From Eledone cirrhosa (taxonomy: Eukaryota), in the NCBI GenBank assembly GCA_964016885.1, contig OZ024742.1:227912001-227976000 (forward strand): 64,000 nt of DNA. The letters are read 5' to 3'. Under the pieces are notes generated by a model that was given only the letters and a program-made list of their open reading frames with translations, was not told the origin of the DNA and searched no databases. Position numbers and translations under genes: made by a program. Positions 36,990 to 48,799 of this stretch are shown here, piece after piece. Positions within the stretch are counted from its first letter, which is position 1. The number at the start of each line of letters is the position of its first letter.

Positions 36990-38915
36990 ATTAGCATGGG
37001 TTTGATGGGTTATCATGTTCTAAGACCAGATAGGTTGAATGACCACATCTTGCTCATATGTTCCAGTTTGGCATGGTCTCCATTATTGGATCCCCTTCCA
37101 AATGCCAACCACTCTTCTTTTTAATCAGTCTATTTAATCCTCTGGTTGGGGACTGAGGAAGACCTGGCCTGGAGGTAGGGTCATGTCATGGCTTGCTACT
37201 ATGTTAGATGGAGATTTACCTGATTTTTCAAAGGGAGCAAGAGGAACTAAGCTAAGCTAAGCTAACCCTTTTGGTGTCAAACCACTTGAAACTGCCACTG
37301 GTTCTATGATACAAAGGGGACTGGGCACTTTTTGTTGTGACACCCACACACCCACTTTACAGTGTGAACTGGGCACCTTTGTCATGTCACTGACATGACC
37401 ACTTTACAGTGGGGACTGGGCACTTTTGTCTTGGGACTAGGGAGGTGAATAAGAGGGGATAAGGTTGAGGAAGGTGTTGTCTACTAGGTATAAGCCTCAG
37501 CCTGAGAATAATAGTGGGCAGGTCTTCTGTAAAACTGCATAGCACCAGAGGCCGCGGTCCTGTGTCATTGCTTTTGAGAGGTGAAATTGTGCAAGGTCAG
37601 CTTTTATTACCTCATCCCAAGTCTTCCTAGTCCTGCCCACACCACGGCTACCTAACCCTACAACTTTGAGTGCTCTGCACCTTATTATACAGCTGTCATC
37701 CTTCATACGCATCACATGTCCATACCAACACAATCTCATCTCCTGCATGCAACAACTGATCCCTCTTATGCCTAATTTCTCACGCAGCATATTTAAACTT
37801 TGCTGTTCACATATATTGTTATTACATATCCAGTGAAGCATAAAGGCTTCATTTCTTTCCAATCTTCGCAGGTCCCGCTGCTGTGCAACATTGTTGTTCA
37901 TATACATGCATCATACAGTCAGCCTTTCATTTTGAGGGAAAATTGTAGTTAGTAATGGTAGTAGCTCCCTGAATTTTCTCCAACCTGATCTCACTCTGGT
38001 TACTGTGCTTTCAGCACACACACACACACCCACTACTGATTTGGTCACCCAGGTAACGGAAACTAGCTACTATTTCAACTGAGCCCTCTGAGCATTTGAA
38101 GGTGGTTGTATCCTGAAGGTTCTGTATTCCATTGCTTGCATTTGGTAGATAGAATGGAATTTCTACCTACTCCTTTTCTGTACACTGAGCAGTACCATTT
38201 CCCAGAGGAGATCTGGGCCCTGTTATCCCTTCTACTACCTAGGGCTTTAGTCTTTGCCAGGTTGACTTTAAGACCTTTAGATTCTAGGCCGTGCTTCCAG
38301 GTTTGGAATTTCATCTCTAGTTAAGCTATAGATTCGGTTATAAGGGTTAGGTCATAAACATACAGAAGTTCCATGGGCAGCCGGTCTTAAACTCCTCCGT
38401 TATTGCCTGCAGAATGATAATAAACAGAAGAGGGCTAAGAACAGAGCCCTGATGGACACCAACCTGCACACCAAATTCTTCACTATAGTCATTGTTAATT
38501 CTAACCTTACTGGCTGTTCATCTATACATTGCTTGAACTGCCCTCACAAGCTATTCGTCAACTCCTAGTTTCCTAAGAGCCCATCATAGAATGGAATGGG
38601 AGGACTCTGTCAAAAGCTTTCTCAAGGTCAACAAAAGCCAGGTAGCGGGGCTTACTCTTAGCTAGGTACTTCTCCTGCAGTTGTCTTACAAGGAAGAGGG
38701 CATCTGTGGTACTCTTACCTGGGACAAATCCAAACTTCATCACATCTATGTTAATATGTTCTCTAATCAGCTGAGCTAAGACTTTTTCAGTGACCTTCAT
38801 AATCTGGTCAACCAACTTAATGCCTCTATAGTTTTCTCTATCTAGAGCATCTCCATTGCTCTTGTAACACTTTATGATGATGCAGTGACACCAGTCATTG
38901 GATATGACACCACTT
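36990..38915 (-). mobile_element. Decayed 5'-truncated RTE LINE
   Basis: ORFs 38573-38947, 38075-38314 and 37497-37907 match RTE RT and C-terminus; UTR motifs follow. Confidence 0.88.
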
Positions 38916-38949
38916 TGTATATATATACAGTCATATAAAAAGATCAACT

Positions 38950-39150
38950 CATGGTGTAAGTAGGTTATGCCCGGAAGGAAAGTTGGCTAGTAAGAGAAGC
39001 AGAGGCTGGCAACCAAAACGATGTCTTGATAATGTCAACTTATGGACTGGACTTGATCTTTGCTCTTTAAACTCTGCTGCTGGTGATCGAACTTTGTGGA
39101 GAAAAATATCTAATGTTGATGCGCAGTCTGCAACTGGTGGAGCTTAGCGT
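38950..39150 (+). mobile_element. RTE/BovB-like C-terminal fragment
   Basis: KRSRGWQPKRCLDNVNLWTGLDL...AGDRTLWR. Confidence 0.5.
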
Positions 39151-39374
39151 CAAAAAGAATATAAATGATAGTTGAGAAAATCAAGTAAAATATCCCTGGA
39201 GATGGAAGAAAATAGAGTCATCTTCATACACTTATTTCCATTTTCAGGAGTATTTTAGCTGATTTTCCCATGTATTATTTTCAGTGATCAACTTTTATTA
39301 TGGTGGTCATTTCTGTGTTGGGAAGACTACATTTGATATTTTACATTTTCCGAATCATTATATTAATGACTGTT

Positions 39375-39425
<51 letters not shown>

Positions 39426-39501
39426 AATAAGATTTTGCTTTATACAATATGTATAGTAATTTCGTATTTCTTTAGAAATATGAAATTACTATACATATTG
39501 T

Positions 39502-39908
39502 GAAGGCGCATGGCTTAGTGGTTAGAGCATTGGGCAATTCTCGGACCAGGTGATGTGTTGTTTCCTTGAGCAAGACACTTTATTTTTACATTGCTCCAGT
39601 TTACTCAGCTGTAGAAATGAGAAGATAGGACTGGGGTCCCTATCATTCCACTGCAAAAGTGGTGCCATAGCAAAAAAGCACCCAGCCCACACTGTAAAGT
39701 GGACGTGTAGGCACCACGGAAAAAAAGCACCCAGCACTCACTGTAAATGAGGTTGGTGTTAGGAAGGGCATCCAGCTGTAGAAATCAAGCCAGAATCAGT
39801 TCCCATATGAGCAAGGCAAGGTCAGCCGACCGGACACTGCCCACAACAGGACAACCAACTTAATGCTAGCGTGGAAAAATGGACGTAAAAGCAGTGATGA
39901 TGATGATG
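39502..39908 (+). mobile_element. Full-length tRNA-derived SINE with RTE-type 3' tail
   Basis: A-box TGGCTTAGTGG, central ccttgagcaagacacttt...ttgctccag, RTE-UTR motifs, (GAT)n tail and ATTGT flanking duplication. Confidence 0.85.
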
Positions 39909-40049
39909 ATTGTATAAAGCTATGCTTGAAGCGAAATCTTATTTCTTTTCTATTATAAGTTGAGCCAACTTATGCAGCTTCATAGGCAAATGAGATTAAT
40001 CACCTCATTTACACAGACGAGAAAACTATATATTCTCGACCGTTTTCAA

Positions 40050-40143
40050 GTCCAGCAGTAGCAAGCGGCGGGAGGGACCGTCCTGAAGAAGGCCAGGCAA
40101 GCCTGAAATGCATAGATGGTTGTCCCCCTTGATTCTGCTGGAC
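40050..40143 (+). ncRNA. Type I hammerhead ribozyme with extended stem I
   Basis: ccgtc-CTGAAGA-aggc-caggcaa-gcct-GAAA-tgca-TA-gatgg, with outer pairing gtccagcag/ctgctggac. Predicted cleavage after 40114. Confidence 0.8.
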
Positions 40144-40371
40144 ACCACCAGAGGGTGTTTGCATAGCTACGGCTTCCTAAAACCGTATTTCTTTAGAAAT
40201 ACGAAATTACTATATATATATATATTTACGTAGAGTACGGAGCGTATGTGCATAAACTCACATGTACCGTGTCGTATTTTGACAGTATTGTATAAGCTCA
40301 ATGTACGAGAACAGAGCCGTTATATGTAAAAGAAATCAAAGAACGTTTACATACTCAGACAGTTTTTATTT

Positions 40372-40416
40372 GCTGACAATGTTTCATCCATACCGTTGGG
40401 CAGGAATCATCAGAGC
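40372..40416 (-). ncRNA. Hammerhead ribozyme, left arm
   Basis: Minus strand gct-CTGATGA-ttcctgcccaacggtatggat-GAAAC-att-GTC-agc. Confidence 0.7.
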
Positions 40417-40830
40417 TTAATAAACAAAAACACAGTGCTGAGTATAAGCTCTACCAAGCTTAGTCACACACACAATTGGAATACAATAGAGGGTAAAAAT
40501 AGGGAGATCAGAGATGGCGAATAAGGAGAGAGTACATGTTGGGGTTGTTATTAAGCACTCCAGCTAAATGCTAGGGTACAGGCAGATTTTTTTCACAAAA
40601 TGCAGATGCAAGTGATGGCACACAAAAGCAAAAAGTATAAACAATGGTTAAAACATATAATAAAAAAGTAAAAGGAAGATAATATAAAGAGATAAAAAAT
40701 AAATAAAAAAGATTAAAAATTTTAAAAAGAAAAAAAGAAAAGAGAAAAAGTTTTAAGCACATAAAAAGACAGAGGAAGTTAAGCGCAGGTCCCTATATAT
40801 AACAAGTGAATAAGATCTCTGTAACTTATA

Positions 40831-41812
40831 TCTTTATATATATAAAAGCGAGGATGTGTGTGTCTGTGTACAACTTTGCATGCATAAGGCTTTCACAATT
40901 ACCAACTGAATTTGACCAAATTTTCTCTGCACGTTGCACAGGTCACCAAGATTGTCACATCACAATATTTTTCAAATCGACCCACGTTGAGCAATAAAAA
41001 ATCGATATCAAAATTATCGGTAGAAAAATTGATGTAAGGGAGATAACAAGCTTTATTGACAATCCTTATAAAAAAGGGAGATAATCTTTTCACCAAATAT
41101 GCCCCATAAAAGAAAGTATGCACATATTGGCTATCGGTCGAAGAAAACAATGCGTGTAAATGACGCTCCGCCGATAACCGAAAATAGACAATCACTAAAT
41201 GCGGTGAGTACAGTTATTGCAACATCTTTGTCCGCCGCTGAGCATCGGTTAGTGCGGCGAACCAATAATGCTAAAGCAACTGCTGCAGCATGAGCTGCAG
41301 AGACTACAGAGCAACTTGAAACACACCTTGCTATGGATGCTACAGATACTGCTGCAGCAAGATCTGCGGAGACAGTACAAAAATATGAAAGGCAGCAACT
41401 TTGCTCCCTGGTGGAAGGACGGCACATTCAGTTTTTAAAAGGATATTTTGGATTATAAGTTAAAAATTTAACCATACACAGCAAAGAATAGATTTTCTCT
41501 TATTCTACTCTCATTGTTTTTTTGTTTGTATACAACTCTGCTTTCATTACAACTTTTTGTACTTTAGCAAAACTGCCTGTTTTTTTTACAGATTTGCAAC
41601 GTGTATTGTCTTTAATCATTTGTATAACTACATCCTGTTCAGTGTTTTCCTTCATTATCAGCATAGTTTTATGTGTACAATGATTGCACTAATTATTGAA
41701 GACTTCTGCTTATTTTGACAGGTTGGGGACAAATAATGTTCTTCTTTTACTTCCTAGCTGTATATTCTTAGCATAATTTCAAACCCCGAGCAACACCGGG
41801 TAAATCTGCTAG
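40831..41812 (+). mobile_element. Non-autonomous Helitron
   Basis: TC start, CCGAGCAACACCGGG...CTAG end, A|T insertion; absent from the opposite arm of the inverted repeat. N-terminal remnant MPHKRK...AAETTEQ...RSAET. Confidence 0.9.
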
Positions 41813-43147
41813 TAAATACTAAGAGGTTCTTAAGGTATCTCCAGAAAGCCCAAGGTGATTTTAATCCTCGCCATAGTATACATAAACAAGGTATACTAGT
41901 AGGTAATTGAATTACGTAGCCCATGGGTGTTCAACAAGTATATAGACAGGTACCACATAAATACAAGCCATACACAAGCAAAGCGGGGTTATTACAAGAT
42001 AAAGCTGAAGCAAAAAACCTAACAACAATGGTTTAGTTACTGTAAAAACACAGATCTGGCAAAGAGTTACTACATATGCATATTTACCGTAGAGGTTAGA
42101 CCAATCGGTTACATATGCCCTGATTGTCTAGGGGTTATAGAGATATTGGATTGTCAGTAGATAACAAATCAGTCCAGATTATACAACATATGTAGATTGT
42201 TCATAAAGTACAAATTAACATCACATCTAGTAACATGTATTACATGCTGGATTTATACATAAAAAAAATCCCCACATGCTTAAGATCACAGACCGTTTAG
42301 GTGATCATATAAATCCAACTTTAAATTTGTACTTTATGAACGATCTACATATGTTGTATAATCTGGACTAATTTGTTATCTACTGACAATCCAATATCTC
42401 TATAACCCCTAGACAATCAGGGCATATGTAACCGATTGGTCTAACCTCTATGGTAAATATGCATATGTAGTAACTCTTTGCCTGCCAGATGTGTGTTTTT
42501 TACAGTAACTAAACCATTGTTGTTAGGTTTTTTGCTTCAGCTTTATCTTGTAATAACCTCGCTTTGCTTGTGTATGGCTTGTATTTATGTGGTACCTGTC
42601 TATATACTTGTTGAACACCCATGGGCCACGTAATTCAATTACCTACTAATATACCTTGTTTATGTATACTATGGCAAGGATTAAAATCACCTTGGGCTTT
42701 CTGGAGGTACTTTAAGAACCTCTTAGTATTTATATAACTATAAGTTACAGAGATCTTATTCACTTGTTATATATAGGGACCAGCGCTTAACTTCCTCTGG
42801 CTTTTTATGTGCTTAAAACTTTTTCTTTTTTCTTCTTTCCTTTTTTCTTTTTAGAATTTTTAATCTTTTTTATCTCTTTATATTATCTTCCTTTTACTTT
42901 TTTATTATATGTTTTAACTATTGATTATACTTTTTGCTTTTGTGTGCCATCACTTGCATCTGCATTTGTGAAAAAAATCTGCCTGTACCCTAGCATTTAG
43001 CTGGAGTGCTTAATAACAACCCCAACATGTACTCTCTCCTTATTCGCCATCTCTGATCTCCCTATTTTTACCCTCTATTGTATTCCAATTGTTTGTGTGA
43101 CTAAGCTTGGTAGAGCTTATACTCAGCACTGTGTTTTTGTTTATTAA

Positions 43148-43192
43148 GCTCTGATGATTCCTGCCCAACGGTATGGGCGAAACATTGCCAGC
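43148..43192 (+). ncRNA. Hammerhead motif, right arm (GCC at cleavage triplet, probably inactive)
   Basis: gct-CTGATGA-ttcctgcccaacggtatgggc-GAAAC-att-GCC-agc, then AATAAA. Confidence 0.55.
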
Positions 43193-43264
43193 AAATAAAA
43201 ACTGTCTGAGTATGTAAGCGTTCTTTGATTTCTTTTACATATATATATGTATATATATATATTT

Positions 43265-43569
43265 GTTTTGCGAGGTTTTAAACAGATTAAAAAAAGATGG
43301 CGTAGACATACAATACAACAAGAGGAAACATAATAGCACCACTGACGATGTTGCAGATGTGCAACGAAAGAACTTTGTTAGACTATATATATGTGTTTGT
43401 GTCTATATCATATCTGTATTTTTGACTGTTGGTCAGTCAATGGTAAACATTGAGGACCGAATAAATTAACTGATATAAAAGATACAGAAGCGAAAACCAA
43501 CCAAACAGTGAGTGTGTTCTGTTATTAATTCTGGCAATATTATTACAACAATATGACCCTCCTCTATAT

Positions 43570-43572
<3 letters not shown>
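43265..43572 (+). mobile_element. PLE pseudo-LTR with hammerhead core, same family as 350-590
   Basis: CTGACGA-t-gttgca-gatg-tgcaac-GAAA at 43342-43369; downstream sequence aligns with 400-590. Confidence 0.65.
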
Positions 43573-43613
<41 letters not shown>

Positions 43614-43809
43614 TCATGTAAGTATAACTACAATTTATTAGCCTCATTGTGAAAATTTAAACATGTGAAAAACATTTTGTAATTATCTTTGTACAAATGA
43701 AAACATAAGAGATTGCCATTATAAGTTTCACAGCTAATTGGCATTTCCTCAGAAGCCACATAGCTTTATCCTTCTGAGTTATAATTGAATGCTATTTATA
43801 TCATAATTA

Positions 43810-44185
43810 TAGAAAGCAGTATTTTAAGAGGCTACAGCAATGTAAATAGAAGACAAATATTAAAAATAACAATAAGAAAGGTTTTGGAATGTTACTTGGG
43901 AAATATTTGATTGGTCCTTGATAAAATTTAAGGCAAGTCTCCTTTGTGAAAAGAAAATGGCAAAATGGAAAATCTGTTTGCTTACTATGGTGGCATGTTG
44001 AATTATGCAAACACAGATTTTCTGTTCCAACATTATTCCTTATATCATTTCCTCTGAAAAGAGGATATTTCTTTGAAATATAAAGGGCCAATCAAATACT
44101 TCCAAGATAACATTTCAACAAGTTTGTTATTGTTATTTTTAATGTTCTATTTGAACCTTTGTAGCCTTTTAAAATACTCTTTTTT
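43810..44185. repeat. Imperfect long hairpin downstream of the transporter stop codon
   Basis: 43810-43925 is a diverged reverse complement of 44075-44185; inner pairing aaaatctgtttgc / gcaaacacagatttt. Confidence 0.75.
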
Positions 44186-44251
44186 ATATTTTCCACAATG
44201 CTTTCACAATATTCAAACTACAACACCCTTCTTTGTGTGTGTGTGTGTGTG

Positions 44252-44298
<47 letters not shown>

Positions 44299-44524
44299 TA
44301 TAATAACAATAAATGCTGTCTCTGCCCATTTTTCATTTTTCTTTCAAGTTCTGTTAGTATAAAAAAAATATAAAATATTCCCACAAAATGAAGCCCCCCC
44401 CCCACACCACCACCTTCATTTCAAATATTCATCCACATGAACAGATTAGTTTCTGTTTAAATAAATATATTTTTTTTTTGAGGAGGAGAGGGGCTTTTTT
44501 TAAAACCCAACTGATTGTAATTTG

Positions 44525-45142
44525 TTACTGGACGATAATCGCATATTTGCTATACATATAGACTGAACAGCTGACCAGTGTGGCTCCAACAGCAAACTGT
44601 AATGTTAATTGGAAGTTAAAGAAATATATGGATACGATACATGAGATGATTATTGCAGCAGAGGTAGCGAAACCTTTTAATATATTGTCAGCGTATTTCA
44701 CTACTACGGCCACCAGAAGACCCCCAAAGGACTGCAGAAAAATGGCCAACCACACAACCCAATCATAACCAAAAAAGAACCCTTTTTCTTTTACTTGGAA
44801 CCCATCCTTAATTTCCATTGTAATCAATCCTATGACAGTTCCAAGAAATCCAAGTTGAACATTACGAAGCCATAGATTTGGTTTGGTTCCTTTTAATATT
44901 CTCTCAAAATAGACTCCAGCAAACCCAGACATGATACAGGCGACGATTACAGCAAGGAGTCCTTTAAGAGGTTGTTGTTCTGTTGTAACAGTAGCATTTG
45001 ATGATGATGAAGGTTGTAGTTGTACACATGAAACCCCCATAAATAAAATCACTAAGGAGATCCACTGCATCCGACTCAGTTTCTTGTTCAACATAAATAC
45101 TGAGAACAACGCTGTTGTGAGAATCTTCAGTTGATATGTTAC
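44525..45142 (-). CDS. SLC35A2: UDP-galactose / nucleotide-sugar transporter, last coding exon
   Basis: Acceptor ttcttttag|GTA, then VTYQLKILTTALFS...SGFAGVYFERILK...WLRNVQL...GGLLVAVVVKYADNILKGFATS...*. A2 versus A3 orthology is not certain. Confidence 0.9.
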   Translation of the reverse strand, partial: VTYQLKILTTALFSVFMLNKKLSRMQWISLVILFMGVSCVQLQPSSSSNATVTTEQQPLKGLLAVIVACIMSGFAGVYFERILKGTKPNLWLRNVQLGFLGTVIGLITMEIKDGFQVKEKGFFFGYDWVVWLAIFLQSFGGLLVAVVVKYADNILKGFATSAAIIISCIVSIYFFNFQLTLQFAVGATLVSCSVYMYSKYAIIVQ

Positions 45143-46028
45143 CTAAAAGAAATTGAAAAAAACATTTGGAGATAGTATTAATTTAGAATAGGAACAAGTT
45201 TAACAAAATATTGTTAGTAACAAAATTATATCAAACAATATTTATTAGATTCTTTGATACTTTTGATACCAAATTACCACTTGGTTCTACAATAAAAAAC
45301 AGTTTATTTTAAAAGTGTTTATATGTATCTAAAAACCTTTCCATCATAATTTTATGTAAAACCTTTAAGTTATGTTCCAAACACCAGCTTAATAATTGTT
45401 TCTACTTTTGGCACAAGGCCAGCAATTACCCAGCGCATTACTGGTACTTTATTTTATCGACCCCATAAGGATGAAAGGCAAAGTTAACCTTGGCGGGATT
45501 GGAACTCAGTTTGTAAAGGGATGTAACGATGCTGGAAAGCATGGCGTCCGACCCTCTACTGATACTGCCGAAAGTTTGTTATATTACTAAATCCCACCAA
45601 ATTCTTGATTATTGGGACCCTAGTCTTATGCTGTTGTTACAGCTCACAACTATGCAGGTTTACCTATCCTCTTATGAAGTTGTATCTCATATGAGTTTTC
45701 TTGGGTGTTTTAATGATAAAGCATGTAAAGCAACAAGAAATGAAGTGCCTTGCTTAAGAACACAATGCACCACCTTGGTTCAGGAATTGAACCCATGACT
45801 TTATGATCATGACTAACATCCGAACCACTAGACACATGCCTTCTCTATGTTAATACTATCACTAATCCCAGTCATTCTAAAATCTTACCCACTGGAAGCC
45901 CAACACCAACAACACAGCATTCATCTTTGGAACCCATTGGAGGCCCAACATACAACACTCATTATTGGAACTAATGGAGGCCCAACATACAACAATGAAA
46001 AACATTAAAAGAAACCTGAAATACTTAC

Positions 46029-46363
46029 TTGGTAGGTTGCAGCATCAAGGTTTGATACAGCCACATAGAGAAGGTTATTCTGCAGAGTGTATACAAGAGA
46101 TGGAATGGAAACTTTCATGCAGTCGATGGGCTGTTTGATAATATTCTCATTCAAGTGTCTTAACCAATTTGTAACACTACCTTCTTGGATGAACAAGAAT
46201 ATAAGACATGTGACAAACTTTAGAAACTCAGACATTATCACAGCAGTTGTCGACATGAACAGGTCGACGGGTCTTGTGCGCACGTATCGCATAACAAGTG
46301 CCAGCAGGGCATTTTGCAAAGTTAACGAGACCAAACTGATATATTTCATTTTTTTAGAGGATT
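46029..46363 (-). CDS. SLC35A2: UDP-galactose / nucleotide-sugar transporter, preceding exon
   Basis: Acceptor aatttcag| (phase 1), KYISLVSLTLQNALLALVMRY...STTAVIMSE...PSLVYTLQNNLLYVAVSNLDAATYQ, donor |GTAAGT in phase 0 matching the next exon. Confidence 0.9.
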
Positions 46364-46669
46364 CTGAAATTAAAAATAAAAATAAAATTGTATTTTTAAG
46401 AAGTAATAACACGAAAAAAGACAGAAATACAATTATTTTCTGTCATAGGTTGGTATAACAACAATAACAACAAACATTTTAAGGTCATTTACCCTACTGA
46501 AGCAGGGATTAGCTTTGCGAAGGTCCAGTGATAAGCTTCCCCATTCTGTCCTATTGTCAGCATCACTCTTACCAACCATTCCATTCTGGCTTTCATTTCC
46601 TCTTCCATCATCTTTACCAATGTCTTTCTTGATTTTCCTTTTCCTCCCTTCTATTTCTGTCACTCCTTT

Positions 46670-46960
46670 CACTCAGTCACTTTCATCTTTCTTCAACACA
46701 TGACCCAACAAACTCATCATTTCTCTTTAGAACATTCACCACTGGTTCTATTCCCATCACTTTCATCCTTCTTCAACTCATAAACCAACCATCCCATACC
46801 ATTTCTTTTTACAACATTCATTATTGGCTCTATTCCTCTCACCCAGTCACTTTCATCCTTCCTCAACACATTACCCTAACATCTCATTCCATTTCTCTCC
46901 ACAACATTCATCACTGACTCTATTCCTCCCACACAGTCACTTTAATCCTTCCTCAACACA
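46670..46960. repeat. Diverged minisatellite, ~85-bp unit x ~3.3
   Basis: Recurring (cag)tcactttcatccttcctcaacaca...acaacattca...ctctattcc. Confidence 0.75.
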
Positions 46961-47819
46961 TAGCTGAAACAAAATCTACTGACATGGAAAGAATCTTGTA
47001 CTTTCAGTCACTTAACACCAATGAACCCAAGATAAACTCTGGCTTGCTAAGCCTCTGGTCTTGGGACAGGCTTTAGCTTCATTTTAACCTTTAAGTCAAA
47101 GGGGGGAAGGGCAACACTCACATTTGTTTTTCAGATCCTCTGTGAGGATGTTGAAGGAAAGAATCCTCAGATTGAAAACCTGTCCTGAATACTTGCTACA
47201 GATTAGACTTCATTAAAGACAATGTAGATGATAGAAGGAGATGTGCTAGTATAGACATATGATGTGTATGAAGGATGATCATTCAGTGAAACACTGGATA
47301 TTAGAGAGGAATCAGCCATTCTCTGCTTGAGAGTAGATGGCGCTGGTATAGACATGATGTGTATGAAAGATTATAGTTGAGTGAAACAGTATCAAACAAT
47401 AAAAATGGAAGGAATCTCTGGAAGAAGATCAAAGAAGACATAGCACAAAGTGGTGAAGACCAACCAATCTCAAGATGTATTGGACCTCATGAAGGATGAT
47501 AACAATTAGAGAGATGCTGTATTGAAACAAACCTGTCCAACCAAAGTAGACATAAAAGTGATGACATAATCTCATGAGCCAAACCACAATAAGAAGCCAT
47601 AGGTTGCCAGTACAATGTTCTCTCATGAGGAACAAGGTCAATATATTGATAACAATCATCATACAACAACACAACAACTGTTTTAAGGACATCATCCCTG
47701 CTAAAGCAGGAGCTAGTCTTGTGGGCCCCAGAACAGGTTTAACCCTTTTGATACCAAACCACATGAAAATGCCCCATCCTGCCTTTTCCTTAGTGAGGTA
47801 ACTACAAGAGAAGTTCCTA

Positions 47820-48775
47820 GCCCAAATTTAGCTTTTGTTGATCTAGAGGAGGCCTTTGACAGAGTACCTCGATCTATTATCAGGTGGTCCTTAAGGAAAT
47901 TAGGTGTAGAAGAATGGCTTCTGAGAGCAGTGCAAGCTATGTACAAAGGAGCTGTCAGTAAAGTGAGTAGGAAATGAGTTTAGTGACCAATTCAAGGTAC
48001 AGGTAGGAGTTCATCAAGGTTCAGTTCTTAGACCACAGCTGTTCATCATAGCTCTTCAGGCCATAACAGAGGAGTTTAAAACGGGCTGCCCATGGGAACT
48101 TCCTTATGCAGATGATTTGGTCCTCATAGCTAAAACCAAAAAAGAACTAGAGAATAAATTCCGACTTTGGAAATTAAATTTTGGATCAAAGGGTCTGAGA
48201 GTAAACTTAGCCAAAACTAAAGTGCTAGTGAGTAGGAAAAAAGATAGGATCCAGATTCCCCCAGGGAAGTAGCCCTGCTCTGTATGTAGAAAAGGAGTAG
48301 GCATAAAATCTATACGGTGTACACAATGTAAATCTTAGGCACACAAAAGATGTAGTGGGATAACGGATAGTATAACAAGAAAGGAAAATTTTGTATGTAG
48401 AAGATGCACAGGGGTAATCGAGAGGAAAAGCATCAATGATATAAATCTCTTCAAATCACTGGAAGGGTCTATAGAAGTGGTTGGTAGCTTCTGTTAACTA
48501 GGTCACTTAATTATTAGAAGAGGAGAGTGCTCTGAGTACATAATAGCAAGAATAAGAAGAGGATGGAAGAAGTTTAGAGAGCTACACCCACTGTTGACAA
48601 CAAAAGGTTTCTCCCTACATTCAAAAGAATGACGGTATGATGCCTGGGTGTGAAGTGCAATGTTGCATAGATGTCAAACACGGGGAGTGATTGTAGAAGT
48701 CATGCATTGACTAGAGAGAAATAAGGCAGCCCTGCTTCCTTAGATGTGCAATGTAATGTGAGAGAAAGGTAGAGG
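47820..48775 (+). mobile_element. Decayed RTE fragment (subfamily A-like)
   Basis: LAFVDLEEAFDRVP, YADD and PHD remnant, with stops. Confidence 0.85.
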
Positions 48776-48799
48776 CTGTTATATATATGTATGTGCTAA

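Larger units (their letters stand above)
39420..40215 (+). mobile_element. Retrozyme-like non-autonomous PLE unit interrupted by a SINE
   Basis: ~31-bp terminal direct repeat (39463 and 40184), 5' foldback, internal hammerhead, and (TA)n on both flanks. Confidence 0.65.
40321..43244. repeat. Large inverted repeat of a hammerhead-containing PLE-type sequence
   Basis: Left arm is 40321-40830 plus 41813-42216; right arm is 42324-43244 (~920 bp). The spacer is ~107 bp and there are few mismatches. Confidence 0.95.

Noticed and set aside
39502-39560. tRNA gene
   Set aside because: A-box only with an incomplete cloverleaf; it is a SINE head.
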